A stretch of DNA of 64,000 bases from assembly GCA_963667315.1 (NCBI GenBank), contig OY763325.1:1826380-1890379 (forward strand), in the 5' to 3' direction. The DNA comes from an uncultured Thermotogae bacterium. GTDB taxonomy: Bacteria; Thermotogota; Thermotogae; MWEM01. Shown piece by piece: positions 47,125 through 56,927 of the stretch (position 1 is the first letter of the stretch; each line of letters begins with the position of its first letter). The notes below the pieces were generated by a model. The model made no database searches and had not been told where the DNA came from. It saw nothing but the letters and a program-made list of their open reading frames with translations. Made by a program: the position numbers and the translations under genes.

Positions 47125-50100
47125 TTATTCCTCATATCCAGGTGCGGGTTCCTGTGGGATGCTCCTCAGATACGGGTAGGATATTTGCCCCACCTCTTCC
47201 ACAATCGTCCAGACCGTGTCAAAATCCCAGTCGGCATCGGTAAAGGTTGTCTTATCCTTCATCTGCGCCGTCGTTTTTCCCGTTATGCCCGTTGACGATC
47301 CGTAACCAACCCCGGAAGATTTCCCGGAGCTCTCTGTATCCCAGAATGCCTGGTTGATAGTTACACCATTCTCAACTATCCCGGCAAAGCCACCGATATT
47401 GCCGTTTCCCGAAACACTTCCTGTCGTATACACGTTATTGTACGTTCCCTCATATATAACCCCGACAAAGCCACCGACACAATTACTGAAAAAACCATCT
47501 CCGACCACACTTCCCGTCGTATACACGTTGCTGAGATTTTCCACCTCCAATGTTCCGGCAAAGCCGCCAATCTCCCAATTAACACCAGACACAATTGTGT
47601 TCGTATACGTATTGATGATGTTCTTCCCCGCAGATACAATTCCAACAAGACCACCGATGGCGTCTCCACCCCTCACGGTTCCCGTCGTATACGTGTTGAT
47701 GATATTCATTCTACTGGTTTTCCCCGCAAGAACACCTGCACCCGTTAATCCTGATACATTCCCAGACACAAATACATCTTCAATCGTTCCAGAAGACATC
47801 AATCCCACGAGACCGCCCACATAGAAATTACCGGTCACTTTCACATCCTTCAGTCCAAGATGTGTAAACGTTGCGCCTTGTGTCTCTGAAGCAACATAAC
47901 CAAACAAGCCTACATGATCTTCACTCGGACGGTCTATACACAGATCCGCTATCGTATACGTTGCCTGTTCATCATAACCGCCGAACGTCCCGAAGAATGG
48001 CTTCTCTACTGTCCCGATCGGCTCCCAGCCCTTATTACCCGGTGTCGTCTTTGTCGCCACATACGTTTCGTAATGCGCCGTCTGCGATGAGAGATCCGTT
48101 ATCAGCTTGAAGTGTACGTCTTCTCCCATGTAATCCCTCACGCTGTTCAGCTGTTTCCAGTTCGCTATTCGGAATGGTTCCGCCTCCGTTCCGTTTCCTC
48201 CCTCAAAGATGGATTCCAGACCTGGAGGTGGCGTTTGCGGAACGCTTCTCAGATACGGGTAGGATATTTGTCCATCATTCTCAACGATCATCCAGACCGT
48301 GTCAAAATCCCAGTCGGCATCGGTAAACGTCGTCTTTTGCTTCATCTGTGCCGTCGTCTTTCCCGTTATGCCCGTTGACGATCCGGAGCCAACACCGTCA
48401 GCCTGCCCGGAGTTCTGTATATCCCAGAATGACCGGCTGATGGTTCCAGTCATTATTTCTCCGACAAAGCCACCTACCTCAAAGCTTCCCGTTACACTTC
48501 CCGCCGTATAGGTCTTACTGATACTTGCATTATTAAGGCCTCCGGCAAAGCCACCGATTTCACGCTCTCCCGTCACCACCACTGTCGTATAGGTGTTACT
48601 GACCTCAACATCACTAATCCAGCCTGCTAAACCACCCACATCACGGTCTCCCGTCACGGTCCCGGTCACACACACATTATTAACAATTCCTGCCAGGAAT
48701 CCTGTTAAACCACCAGTATAATTGCCCCCCGTCACAGTCCCGTTCACTGCCACATTGCTAAGCTCGCCACCATTAATCATTCCAGCCAAACCACCAGCAG
48801 AACGCTCTCCCATCACAATCCCGCTCACGCTCAGGTTGCCGATTTCCACCTTTTTTATAAGTCCTGTTAAACCACCCACGTACTGCTGACCGGTCACCTT
48901 CACATCTTCAAGTCCAAGCTGTGTGATCGTCGCCCCTTCTGTGTATGTGCCGATAACACCAAATAAACCCACAAAATCTTCACCCGGACGATCGATGCAC
49001 AGATCCGTTATCGTGTGCGTTGCCGCCCCGTCATAGCCGCTGAACGTTCCAAGAAATGGATTTGCCTCTGTTCCGATTGGCGCCCATCCCTTATTGCCCG
49101 GCGTCGTCTGTGTCGCCACATACGTTCCATAATACGCCGTCTGCGATGAGAGATCCGTTATCAGGGCAAAGTATACGTCTGAGGCCATGAAGTTCCTCAC
49201 GTTGTTCAGGTGCTTCCAGTTCGCTATCTGATATGGATTTCCCACTGTCCCGTTTCCACCGGCAAAGGGCATTATTACTGAAAATCTGGCATTCCTCGCC
49301 AGTTCTTCGTTCAACGTCCAGTTGATACTCCCCTCGTATAGCCCGTTCATTCCCGTCGGCGGCAGTTCACACGGCTCCGGTAATCCTCTGATTGACAGGA
49401 GGAATTTTTCCGCCTTCTTGTATGAATCGTTCGTCAGCCTTTCGGACCAGATCTTGAACACGACCTTGTCACCATCCTGTGAAAAGGTGTAGACTTCATT
49501 TTCCCCTTCAGTTCCGAGCTGTCTCAGTCTGTCCCGTTCGTCGGGTATATCTATTTTCTCCCTGCCGTCATCCGTTACAGACAAACGGTTTGGATTTTCG
49601 AAATACAGCAGGCCGTTATGTGCTTCTACCGTTCTATCTCTTAAAAATTCCAATGCACTCTGCGTATTCCGATTCGGTGAGACCTGTCGCGCATCGTAAT
49701 AACGCCGCAGGCTGTACGCATTCTCTTCGCTCGTCTTCACGTATGATGGGCGGATCAGTTCGCCTCCGGCGTATATGCGGCTCGTCTCACTCGCCTTCAG
49801 CGTGATGTAATCCGTCAGGAGCATCTCGTACAAATCTGTCCCGTTCTGCAGCTCATCATCCTGAACGATCACCTTTTCGATTCCAAGCCCTTCTCCAGTT
49901 CGTGAACTTCTTTCAGTCCCGCTCCATATCATCCCCGCTTCTATCGCCTCGCGGCTTATCCCCTCCGGGATGAAGCAGATGTAAAGCGCATGATCCACCT
50001 TGTGCCTTTTTATCTCAAGGGTTTCCGTCCCCATTCCTGTTATCCTCAGCGTAAGTGGCGATGTTGTCATTCCCAGCACCGTTAGTACCTCTTTCTCTAT

Positions 50101-50283
50101 CGTCAAACTCCAAAGTCCTAATTCCCGGTAATCCTCCAATTTGTACGCTCCCACTTCCGCAAGTGCTATGCTCTTTAAAACCTGCTCCCCGTTTATCATA
50201 CTTTTACGCTGTGCACACGAGATCATCAGCAACCCCGCGACAATCAAGATTACAATTGTCATTAACTTTTTTCTTTTCTCCAT
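47125..50283 (-). CDS. Lipoprotein paralog with two tandem GLUG-repeat modules
   Basis: Lipobox LLMISC; N-terminal ~320 aa homologous to 44781; two modules GGNGT...PY/FxIANW...YPYLRS.P with near-identical DNA at 47160-47290 and 48249-48380. Confidence 0.82.
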   Translation of the reverse strand: MEKRKKLMTIVILIVAGLLMISCAQRKSMINGEQVLKSIALAEVGAYKLEDYRELGLWSLTIEKEVLTVLGMTTSPLTLRITGMGTETLEIKRHKVDHALYICFIPEGISREAIEAGMIWSGTERSSRTGEGLGIEKVIVQDDELQNGTDLYEMLLTDYITLKASETSRIYAGGELIRPSYVKTSEENAYSLRRYYDARQVSPNRNTQSALEFLRDRTVEAHNGLLYFENPNRLSVTDDGREKIDIPDERDRLRQLGTEGENEVYTFSQDGDKVVFKIWSERLTNDSYKKAEKFLLSIRGLPEPCELPPTGMNGLYEGSINWTLNEELARNARFSVIMPFAGGNGTVGNPYQIANWKHLNNVRNFMASDVYFALITDLSSQTAYYGTYVATQTTPGNKGWAPIGTEANPFLGTFSGYDGAATHTITDLCIDRPGEDFVGLFGVIGTYTEGATITQLGLEDVKVTGQQYVGGLTGLIKKVEIGNLSVSGIVMGERSAGGLAGMINGGELSNVAVNGTVTGGNYTGGLTGFLAGIVNNVCVTGTVTGDRDVGGLAGWISDVEVSNTYTTVVVTGEREIGGFAGGLNNASISKTYTAGSVTGSFEVGGFVGEIMTGTISRSFWDIQNSGQADGVGSGSSTGITGKTTAQMKQKTTFTDADWDFDTVWMIVENDGQISYPYLRSVPQTPPPGLESIFEGGNGTEAEPFRIANWKQLNSVRDYMGEDVHFKLITDLSSQTAHYETYVATKTTPGNKGWEPIGTVEKPFFGTFGGYDEQATYTIADLCIDRPSEDHVGLFGYVASETQGATFTHLGLKDVKVTGNFYVGGLVGLMSSGTIEDVFVSGNVSGLTGAGVLAGKTSRMNIINTYTTGTVRGGDAIGGLVGIVSAGKNIINTYTNTIVSGVNWEIGGFAGTLEVENLSNVYTTGSVVGDGFFSNCVGGFVGVIYEGTYNNVYTTGSVSGNGNIGGFAGIVENGVTINQAFWDTESSGKSSGVGYGSSTGITGKTTAQMKDKTTFTDADWDFDTVWTIVEEVGQISYPYLRSIPQEPAPGYEE

Positions 50284-50497
50284 CTTACTCCCACCTCATT
50301 TATTTTTCTATTATTTCGAAATATAATCTTTTTAGAGTCGTATCATTACATTATATTCATCATTTCAATAACATGAAACTTCTATTCATTATACAGATAG
50401 AATATCCACCATATATGTACATTATAATAACATTAATTTTATATTCTTTCACGAAATTAGTCTGATTCGCTTAATATATTTTTTTCATTTAAAACAG

Positions 50498-50533
50498 AAA
50501 AAACCGGACACTTTTTTAAGTGTCCGGTTTTTT
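50498..50533. terminator. Terminator downstream of asnS
   Basis: AAAAAACCGGACAC-TTTTTTAA-GTGTCCGGTTTTTT. Confidence 0.8.
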
Positions 50534-50552
50534 ATTTACATGTTTTTATTTT

Positions 50553-51938
50553 TTATCCGTAAATCTGCCCTTTTGTTCTTGGGAACGGTAATGTGTCTCT
50601 GATGTTTTCGATACCCGTCAGGTACATGAGCATTCTTTCCAGGCCCATTCCAAAACCGGAGTGTGGCGCACTTCCCCATTTTCTGAGTTCGAGATACCAT
50701 TGATATGTCTCCATCTCCATGTTTCTTTCTTCCAGCTTCTTGAGCAACACATCGTATCGTTCTTCTCTCTGACTTCCGGTGACGATTTCACCAACACCGG
50801 GAACGAGGAGATCGAGACATCTGACGGTCTTGCCGTCGTCGTTCTGTCTCATGTAGAAGGATTTGAAGGCTCCCGGATAATCTGTTACGAAGACGGGTTT
50901 CTTAAAATGAACATCCGTAAGGTATCTTTCATGTTCTTTGAAGAGGTCTTCTCCCCAAACGGGTTCATTTTCAAATTCTGACAGATGCTCTCTCAGAAGG
51001 GCTATGGCATCCGTGTATGTGATCTGTGCAAATTCGTTGTTGAGCAGCATGTCATATCTTTCCATCAGTTGTTTGTTGATGAACTTGCCGAAGAATTCCA
51101 GTTCTGTTGCACACGTTTCCTTGACATATTTTGTGATGCCCTTGACGAAGTCTTCAATGAGTACGATCAGGTCATCAAAGTCATAGAATGCCATTTCCGG
51201 TTCGATCATCCAGAATTCGGAAGCGTGAAGCGGTGTGTTGGACGGGTCGGCTCTGAAAGTCGGTCCGAAGGTGTAGACTTCTCCGTGTGAGAGGGCAAAG
51301 GCCTCCGCTTCAAGCTGTCCGCTGACGGTTAGACCCACCCTTTCCCCGAAAAAGTCCTGACTGTAGTCAATCGGTTTATCCCCCAACGCAACGGCTTCAA
51401 GGTTGAGGTTGGTGACCTGGAAGGATTCTCCGGCCCCTTCCGCATCACTCTTCGTGAGGAGCGGTGAGTGAATGTAAAGGAATCCCTTGTCCTGGAAATA
51501 TTTGTGAATGGCATATGAGAGTTTGTTTCTCACGGTGAGTCCTGCCAGTAATGTGTTCGTTCTGGATCTGAGATGCGGCATACCTCTGAGGAATTCCAGC
51601 GTGTGGCGCTTCTTCTGAAGCGGATAATCGTCCGCTGACGGTCCAACGACTTCAACCGTATCGGCGAGCACTTCAATACTCTGACCCTTGCCACCCGATT
51701 CAACAATCTCTCCGGTTACTTTCACACAAGCCCCGGTCAGCAATTCCGATTTATCAACGCTGTCCAGCTTGTCGATAACGATCTGAAGCTTGTCGAAACA
51801 GGACCCATCGTTTATTGAAAGAAAGTACACGTTCTTTGAGAACCTCGCCGTTCTGATCCATCCGTAAATCGTGACTTTTTTGCCAATCTCCTGTGTCATA
51901 AACAGCTCTGAAATCTTATCTCTTTTTCCGTTAATCAT
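50553..51938 (-). CDS. asnS: Asparagine--tRNA ligase
   Basis: OB-fold GWIRTAR, HLRSRT, LTVSGQLEAE, FGPTFRA, EFWMIEPE, GSQREER, PHSGFGMGLER. Confidence 0.96.
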   Translation of the reverse strand: MINGKRDKISELFMTQEIGKKVTIYGWIRTARFSKNVYFLSINDGSCFDKLQIVIDKLDSVDKSELLTGACVKVTGEIVESGGKGQSIEVLADTVEVVGPSADDYPLQKKRHTLEFLRGMPHLRSRTNTLLAGLTVRNKLSYAIHKYFQDKGFLYIHSPLLTKSDAEGAGESFQVTNLNLEAVALGDKPIDYSQDFFGERVGLTVSGQLEAEAFALSHGEVYTFGPTFRADPSNTPLHASEFWMIEPEMAFYDFDDLIVLIEDFVKGITKYVKETCATELEFFGKFINKQLMERYDMLLNNEFAQITYTDAIALLREHLSEFENEPVWGEDLFKEHERYLTDVHFKKPVFVTDYPGAFKSFYMRQNDDGKTVRCLDLLVPGVGEIVTGSQREERYDVLLKKLEERNMEMETYQWYLELRKWGSAPHSGFGMGLERMLMYLTGIENIRDTLPFPRTKGQIYG

Positions 51939-52341
51939 TTTAAACCCCTTTCCATCTATAATTTTTCCTTATTATACGCTTTAAAAGCCTTTTTTTGAAG
52001 TCTGAACAGAATATTTTACTCGGTTAGCCTGTTCATTTCATCAAATTTTATCATAATTAGTTTTAAATTGGGCAGAAGAAACCAAGATTCATTTCCCAAC
52101 CCACTTTGTTTTTTCAACAAAGACAGTTTAGAGTTTACACATTCGTTTCACCAGGGAATCCCATCCGTCATACCTTTCCCTCAGACGGTTAATCCTTTGT
52201 GATATAATAACTTATGTTCCGATTTGTTTGTTTTCCGTACATTATCAGGACTACACGTTTTCTTTTACGTTAATACGAGCTTATATACTTATAATATATC
52301 AAACAACGGTGCTTTAACCTCTATTTTCATGGTGATTCAAA

Positions 52342-54450
52342 ATGAAAACAATGAAAAACGCCTTAAAAAAACAGGAACATTACCTGTCAACGATCATCAT
52401 AATCCCTTTGATGATCTTTATCGTTATCTTGTCGATACTGATGTGGACCAATCATTTCGCCGCAAGGCTTTACAGGATCAATTCCAGTTCTGAAGCATTC
52501 GTTAAAGAACTGGTCAACGAATTCATCCTGCTGGAATCAACCTTCAATCAAAAGATGAGCTTTCTCCTTGAACAGGGTTATGATCAATCATTTGATGAAA
52601 ACACCATCAACAGTATCCGTGAAGAGCTGTTGGCAACCGAATCCGATTTTCCCTCCGCTTTGAATACGGCATTCTCCAAAGAGCCGGAATTAGTTCGGCA
52701 GATGTCGGATTTAAGCCCGGGGGATGTTTACTACAGCAGTCTGGCCAGCGAACCCGAAACGGGAGATGTTCGATTATACGCCTATATTCGACTGCCGGAC
52801 CGTTCTTTTTTCGGTGTCGGGGTTAAATTCGGAGAGATAAAGGAACGTGCCATACGGATCATGGCAGAAGTTTTTTCCGACCCCGCTCTGAGTCTCAAAA
52901 ACCCGGGAAATTATACTCCGACTGAGCTTTTGCTCTTTGAGGAATCCCTTGAAAAGAATCTACCGGTTTATCATATCCGTTCTCTGACCGAGCTGGATCT
53001 GTATGTCAAAAAGGCTACGAGATACGGTAGCTACCGGTTTATCATCACAACAAGATTTGATGTCTCGCTCTATATCCTCATCACCGTAATCGTCCTGTCG
53101 GGTCTTTTTATAGGCCTCCGCCTCTTTGTCAATCAAAACATCGAGAAAATATCCGGTAATTTTTCACACAACCTTGAAAGACTGGAACATAACGTTCAGA
53201 ATTTTCAGCTGGATGACTTCAGTGTAAATCCGGAGGACATCAACTCCGATATCAAGGAGATTGATGCCATCTCAAAGGCCTTTCTGAAGATGCGGGACGA
53301 CATCATCAACTCCTATGAAGAGCTTTCAGCGATGAATCAAGAGATTGAAGCCACCTATATGGAAAATCAGAACTTGTTGAAGAAGGTGGAAGCCTTTTTA
53401 AACATGCCGGATTATCTTCTCTATCTGAACAATACCGAACGGTTCCTGCTCAGAAGTTTTGAGCGAATCCTGTCGCTTGTGGACGGGATGGATTTGGGGT
53501 ATGTCGCCTTTTATGACGAGGGGGAATACAAATTTCTGGACTTCGTCGGAATCGATATGGAGCTGATCAATTCAATCCCGACGGAACCGGAAACTTATGC
53601 CCTGTCAGAAGAGGATCAGCATTATGATGCGGTTGCCCTCGTCGATTATGCAGAAGGGGAGTATCTGACCCGATACAGGGAAATCCCTGAAATACGCGAA
53701 TTCCAGGTGGATATTGCACAGGTTCTATATATCCCCATCTCCACCGAAAACAGTTATCTCGGGGATATCTGTCTGTTTACGCAGAGAAAAAGCGGGAATC
53801 GCATGACCGATGACGATTACCGGATCGCAGCCTTCTTCGCCAATTATCTGAAAGGGTATTTGATGATCAAGGAATTATCGACAGATGAAGCGGAACTTCA
53901 GAAAGAGACGATCTACTCCCTGATCAGACTGCTGGAACAGCATGATCCCTACACAAAGGGACATTCTGAAAGTGTCGCAAAACTGGCAGCCGATTTCGCC
54001 ACTTATCTTAAACTCCCGGAACAAACGGTTCAGTCCCTTTACTGGTCGGGGATCGTTCACGATATGGGAAAGATTCTCATCCCCAACAGCATTCTGAATA
54101 AACCGGCAAGACTCTCAAAAGAGGAATTCGCGATCATTCAGAATCATCCGGAGTACGCCTGGGATGTCCTGAAAAAAAACAAGAACATGGAACATATCGC
54201 CATTTTCATCAAACATCATCATGAAAAGTACGACGGCAGCGGTTACCCGGACAAGTTGAAAGGCGATCAGATTCCCTTTGAATCGAGAATCCTTACCCTG
54301 GCCGATGCCTGGGATGCCATGACTGCCGAGCGCGTCTATAAGAAGGGCATGTCTGCGGAAGATGCCCTTGAAGAGATTCAAAGGAATGCCGGTGTTCAAT
54401 TTGACCCGGAATTGGTCACAAAATGGATACAGTTCATCCAGAACGACTAA
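52342..54450 (+). CDS. Membrane-bound HD-GYP c-di-GMP phosphodiesterase (paralog 1)
   Basis: TM-extracytoplasmic-TM-coiled coil-GAF-like-HD-GYP; QHDPYTKGHS, HDMGK, HHEKYDGSGYP, ADAWDAM. Confidence 0.92.
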   Translation: MKTMKNALKKQEHYLSTIIIIPLMIFIVILSILMWTNHFAARLYRINSSSEAFVKELVNEFILLESTFNQKMSFLLEQGYDQSFDENTINSIREELLATESDFPSALNTAFSKEPELVRQMSDLSPGDVYYSSLASEPETGDVRLYAYIRLPDRSFFGVGVKFGEIKERAIRIMAEVFSDPALSLKNPGNYTPTELLLFEESLEKNLPVYHIRSLTELDLYVKKATRYGSYRFIITTRFDVSLYILITVIVLSGLFIGLRLFVNQNIEKISGNFSHNLERLEHNVQNFQLDDFSVNPEDINSDIKEIDAISKAFLKMRDDIINSYEELSAMNQEIEATYMENQNLLKKVEAFLNMPDYLLYLNNTERFLLRSFERILSLVDGMDLGYVAFYDEGEYKFLDFVGIDMELINSIPTEPETYALSEEDQHYDAVALVDYAEGEYLTRYREIPEIREFQVDIAQVLYIPISTENSYLGDICLFTQRKSGNRMTDDDYRIAAFFANYLKGYLMIKELSTDEAELQKETIYSLIRLLEQHDPYTKGHSESVAKLAADFATYLKLPEQTVQSLYWSGIVHDMGKILIPNSILNKPARLSKEEFAIIQNHPEYAWDVLKKNKNMEHIAIFIKHHHEKYDGSGYPDKLKGDQIPFESRILTLADAWDAMTAERVYKKGMSAEDALEEIQRNAGVQFDPELVTKWIQFIQND

Positions 54451-54638
54451 ATCATCAATCTTCCAGCATAAATTCAAAATGATAATAATTTGTTCTTCAT
54501 GAAACGGCTATCATTTTCTTCCACAACGGTATCTGTATATTCAAATAAATTTTACTTGTTTCATCCTGTTACATTTCATCAAACACCCCTGAAAATGCTA
54601 TACTTCCTTGTGATTCTGTCGCAGAAGGGTGATACAAA

Positions 54639-56825
54639 TTGAAGACCTTAAAATCCGAACTCAGGAACGCCGGTAAGCGTCTTTCTTTACTGGTTTCCGT
54701 TCCATTCAGCATCTTCGTCATAATATTGTCGGTTTCACTACTAACCGCTTCTTTCAACGCAATGATTCATGAGATTGATGCTAAATCCGAAAAACTCATC
54801 AACACGATCAGTTATGAGTTGGTGATGCTTGAAACAAAATTCAACGCGTTGACGGAAAATATCCTTCTTAAGGCCTATCCCGATTCATTTGCGGCGGAAG
54901 ACATACAGAAATTCAGAACCCTGCTAATGAATGAAGAAACAGCTTTTCCCATCAAAGCCATCAATTATTACCGGATAAATGAAGATTTTCTGATCTACGA
55001 TACGGATTTTGCAACGGATCTCGGAGCTGATTTCGGCAACAACCGGTATTTCCAGGAGAATTTCTGGCCTTTGCAACCGGGCGAGGTCTTTACAGATCAT
55101 CTGATCCGGGAAACAGCTACGGAAGATATCCGACTGTACAGTTATATCAAACTGGAAGACGGTTCCCTTTTTGAACTGGGCATTAAATTCAGTGGTGTAA
55201 AAGAGATGATTGAGACGGCTACCCAAAGGATTTTCGATGACGGCCCCAGCGAAATTGCGATTTATGTCCCTTATTCCTGTGAGGAAAACCATCTTTTCAA
55301 AACCGCTCAGGAATCCGGAAAACCCGTTTATAATATGCTTTCACCGAGCAGCGCTGAGTTCTATATCGGAAAACAATCGAAATTCGGCATCTATCATTTC
55401 ATCGTCAAGACAACCTTCAATTATCCGCTTTATTTTACAGCGGCCATCATCATCATATTTGTGATGTATTTTGTACTGAAAAGACTGGTCGATCAACGTT
55501 CCAACAAGATAGCCGAAAGATTTTCAAAAAGTATCGAAATTCTCGATAAAAACCTTAAAAAGTTCCACTTGACAAATTCTCCGGAACCCCCGCAGAAAAT
55601 CACCTGTGATATTGCGGAGATCAATTCCATCTCAAATTCTTTTCTGAAGATGCGAACCGATATCATCGACTCTTATGAAGCGTTGAATCAATTGAACCGG
55701 GAACTCGAACGCTCATTTACTGAAAACCAGTCCCTTTTGAAAAAAGTGGAGGCCTTTCTGAACTTCCCGGATTATCTGCTCTACAAAGACAGCACGGAAA
55801 AATTCCTCGTCCGATGTTTTGAAAAGATGCTGCAGCTGTCAAACACCTGTGATTACGCGTATGCCGCCATCATCGAAGAGGATGGCGTCTACCACTTCCT
55901 CGATTTTAAGGGGTTGGATGTCGATATGATGAACCGTCTCAGACTTGTAGCCGATCATTATCCCAGGTCGGATCACGTTGCCCTGTTCAATTATAAGGTT
56001 GGACAATATTATAATGAACACAGTGATATTCCCGAATTAAAGGCAGAAATCGATGATATTCAACAGGCCCTGGCAATCCCGGTTGCCAGCGAAAATAATT
56101 ATTACGGCAGCATCACACTCCTGACAAAACGTTCTTCAGACAATCTGCTGACCGAAGAGGATTATCGAATGGCAACCTTTTTCTCCAATTATCTGAAAGG
56201 GTATCTGAGTCTCAAAGAGCTGGCAAATTACGAAGATGATCTTCAGAAGGAGACGATCTACGCGCTGATCCGATTGCTGGAGCAGCACGATCCCTACACC
56301 AGAGGACACTCTGAAAGTGTGGCGGGACTGGCATCAGACTTCGCGCTGCATCTGGGATTTGTGGAACAAGAGTCCCAGGAACTGTACTGGGCGGGAATCG
56401 TCCATGACATGGGAAAGATCCTCATCCCCAACAGCATCCTGAATAAACCGGCACAACTGACCAGTGAAGAGTTTGAAGTGATCAAAAAGCATCCCGTCTA
56501 CGCCTGGGATGTGCTGCGAAAAAACAAACACATGGAAAACATTGCCAATATCATCAAACATCATCACGAAAAATATGACGGCAGCGGTTATCCCGATGGA
56601 TTAAGCAGCAACCGAATCCCCTTTGAATCGAGAATCCTCACCCTCGCCGATGCCTGGGATGCCATGACCGCCGAGCGCGTCTACAAGAAGGGAATTTCGG
56701 TGGAAGAAGCCCTCGAGGAGATCCGAATGAATTCGGGAAAACAGTTTGATCCCATACTCGTTGAAAAATGGGTGAATTTTGTTCAGACCGGATTGAATGA
56801 TCGTCAAAACAAGAAAAAACCGTAA
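54639..56825 (+). CDS. Membrane-bound HD-GYP phosphodiesterase (paralog 2)
   Basis: Same architecture and intact motifs; TTG start. Confidence 0.92.
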   Translation: MKTLKSELRNAGKRLSLLVSVPFSIFVIILSVSLLTASFNAMIHEIDAKSEKLINTISYELVMLETKFNALTENILLKAYPDSFAAEDIQKFRTLLMNEETAFPIKAINYYRINEDFLIYDTDFATDLGADFGNNRYFQENFWPLQPGEVFTDHLIRETATEDIRLYSYIKLEDGSLFELGIKFSGVKEMIETATQRIFDDGPSEIAIYVPYSCEENHLFKTAQESGKPVYNMLSPSSAEFYIGKQSKFGIYHFIVKTTFNYPLYFTAAIIIIFVMYFVLKRLVDQRSNKIAERFSKSIEILDKNLKKFHLTNSPEPPQKITCDIAEINSISNSFLKMRTDIIDSYEALNQLNRELERSFTENQSLLKKVEAFLNFPDYLLYKDSTEKFLVRCFEKMLQLSNTCDYAYAAIIEEDGVYHFLDFKGLDVDMMNRLRLVADHYPRSDHVALFNYKVGQYYNEHSDIPELKAEIDDIQQALAIPVASENNYYGSITLLTKRSSDNLLTEEDYRMATFFSNYLKGYLSLKELANYEDDLQKETIYALIRLLEQHDPYTRGHSESVAGLASDFALHLGFVEQESQELYWAGIVHDMGKILIPNSILNKPAQLTSEEFEVIKKHPVYAWDVLRKNKHMENIANIIKHHHEKYDGSGYPDGLSSNRIPFESRILTLADAWDAMTAERVYKKGISVEEALEEIRMNSGKQFDPILVEKWVNFVQTGLNDRQNKKKP

Positions 56826-56927
56826 ATTCCATACGTCTATATTTTTTCTATTGCATTAATTCTATCAACACGCCATAAAACATGCTATAATTTAGTGTAC
56901 GAATATTAAAATTTCGGGTGATGATGG

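Noticed and set aside
44795-50465. Numerous + strand ORFs opposite the GLUG genes
   Set aside because: Antisense shadows of Gly/Thr/Val-rich repetitive coding sequence.
52000-52340. c-di-GMP riboswitch upstream of the HD-GYP array
   Set aside because: The GEMM-I hallmarks (GCAAA...GAAA...GACGCAAAGC) were not found; a covariance-model search would be needed to exclude other classes.
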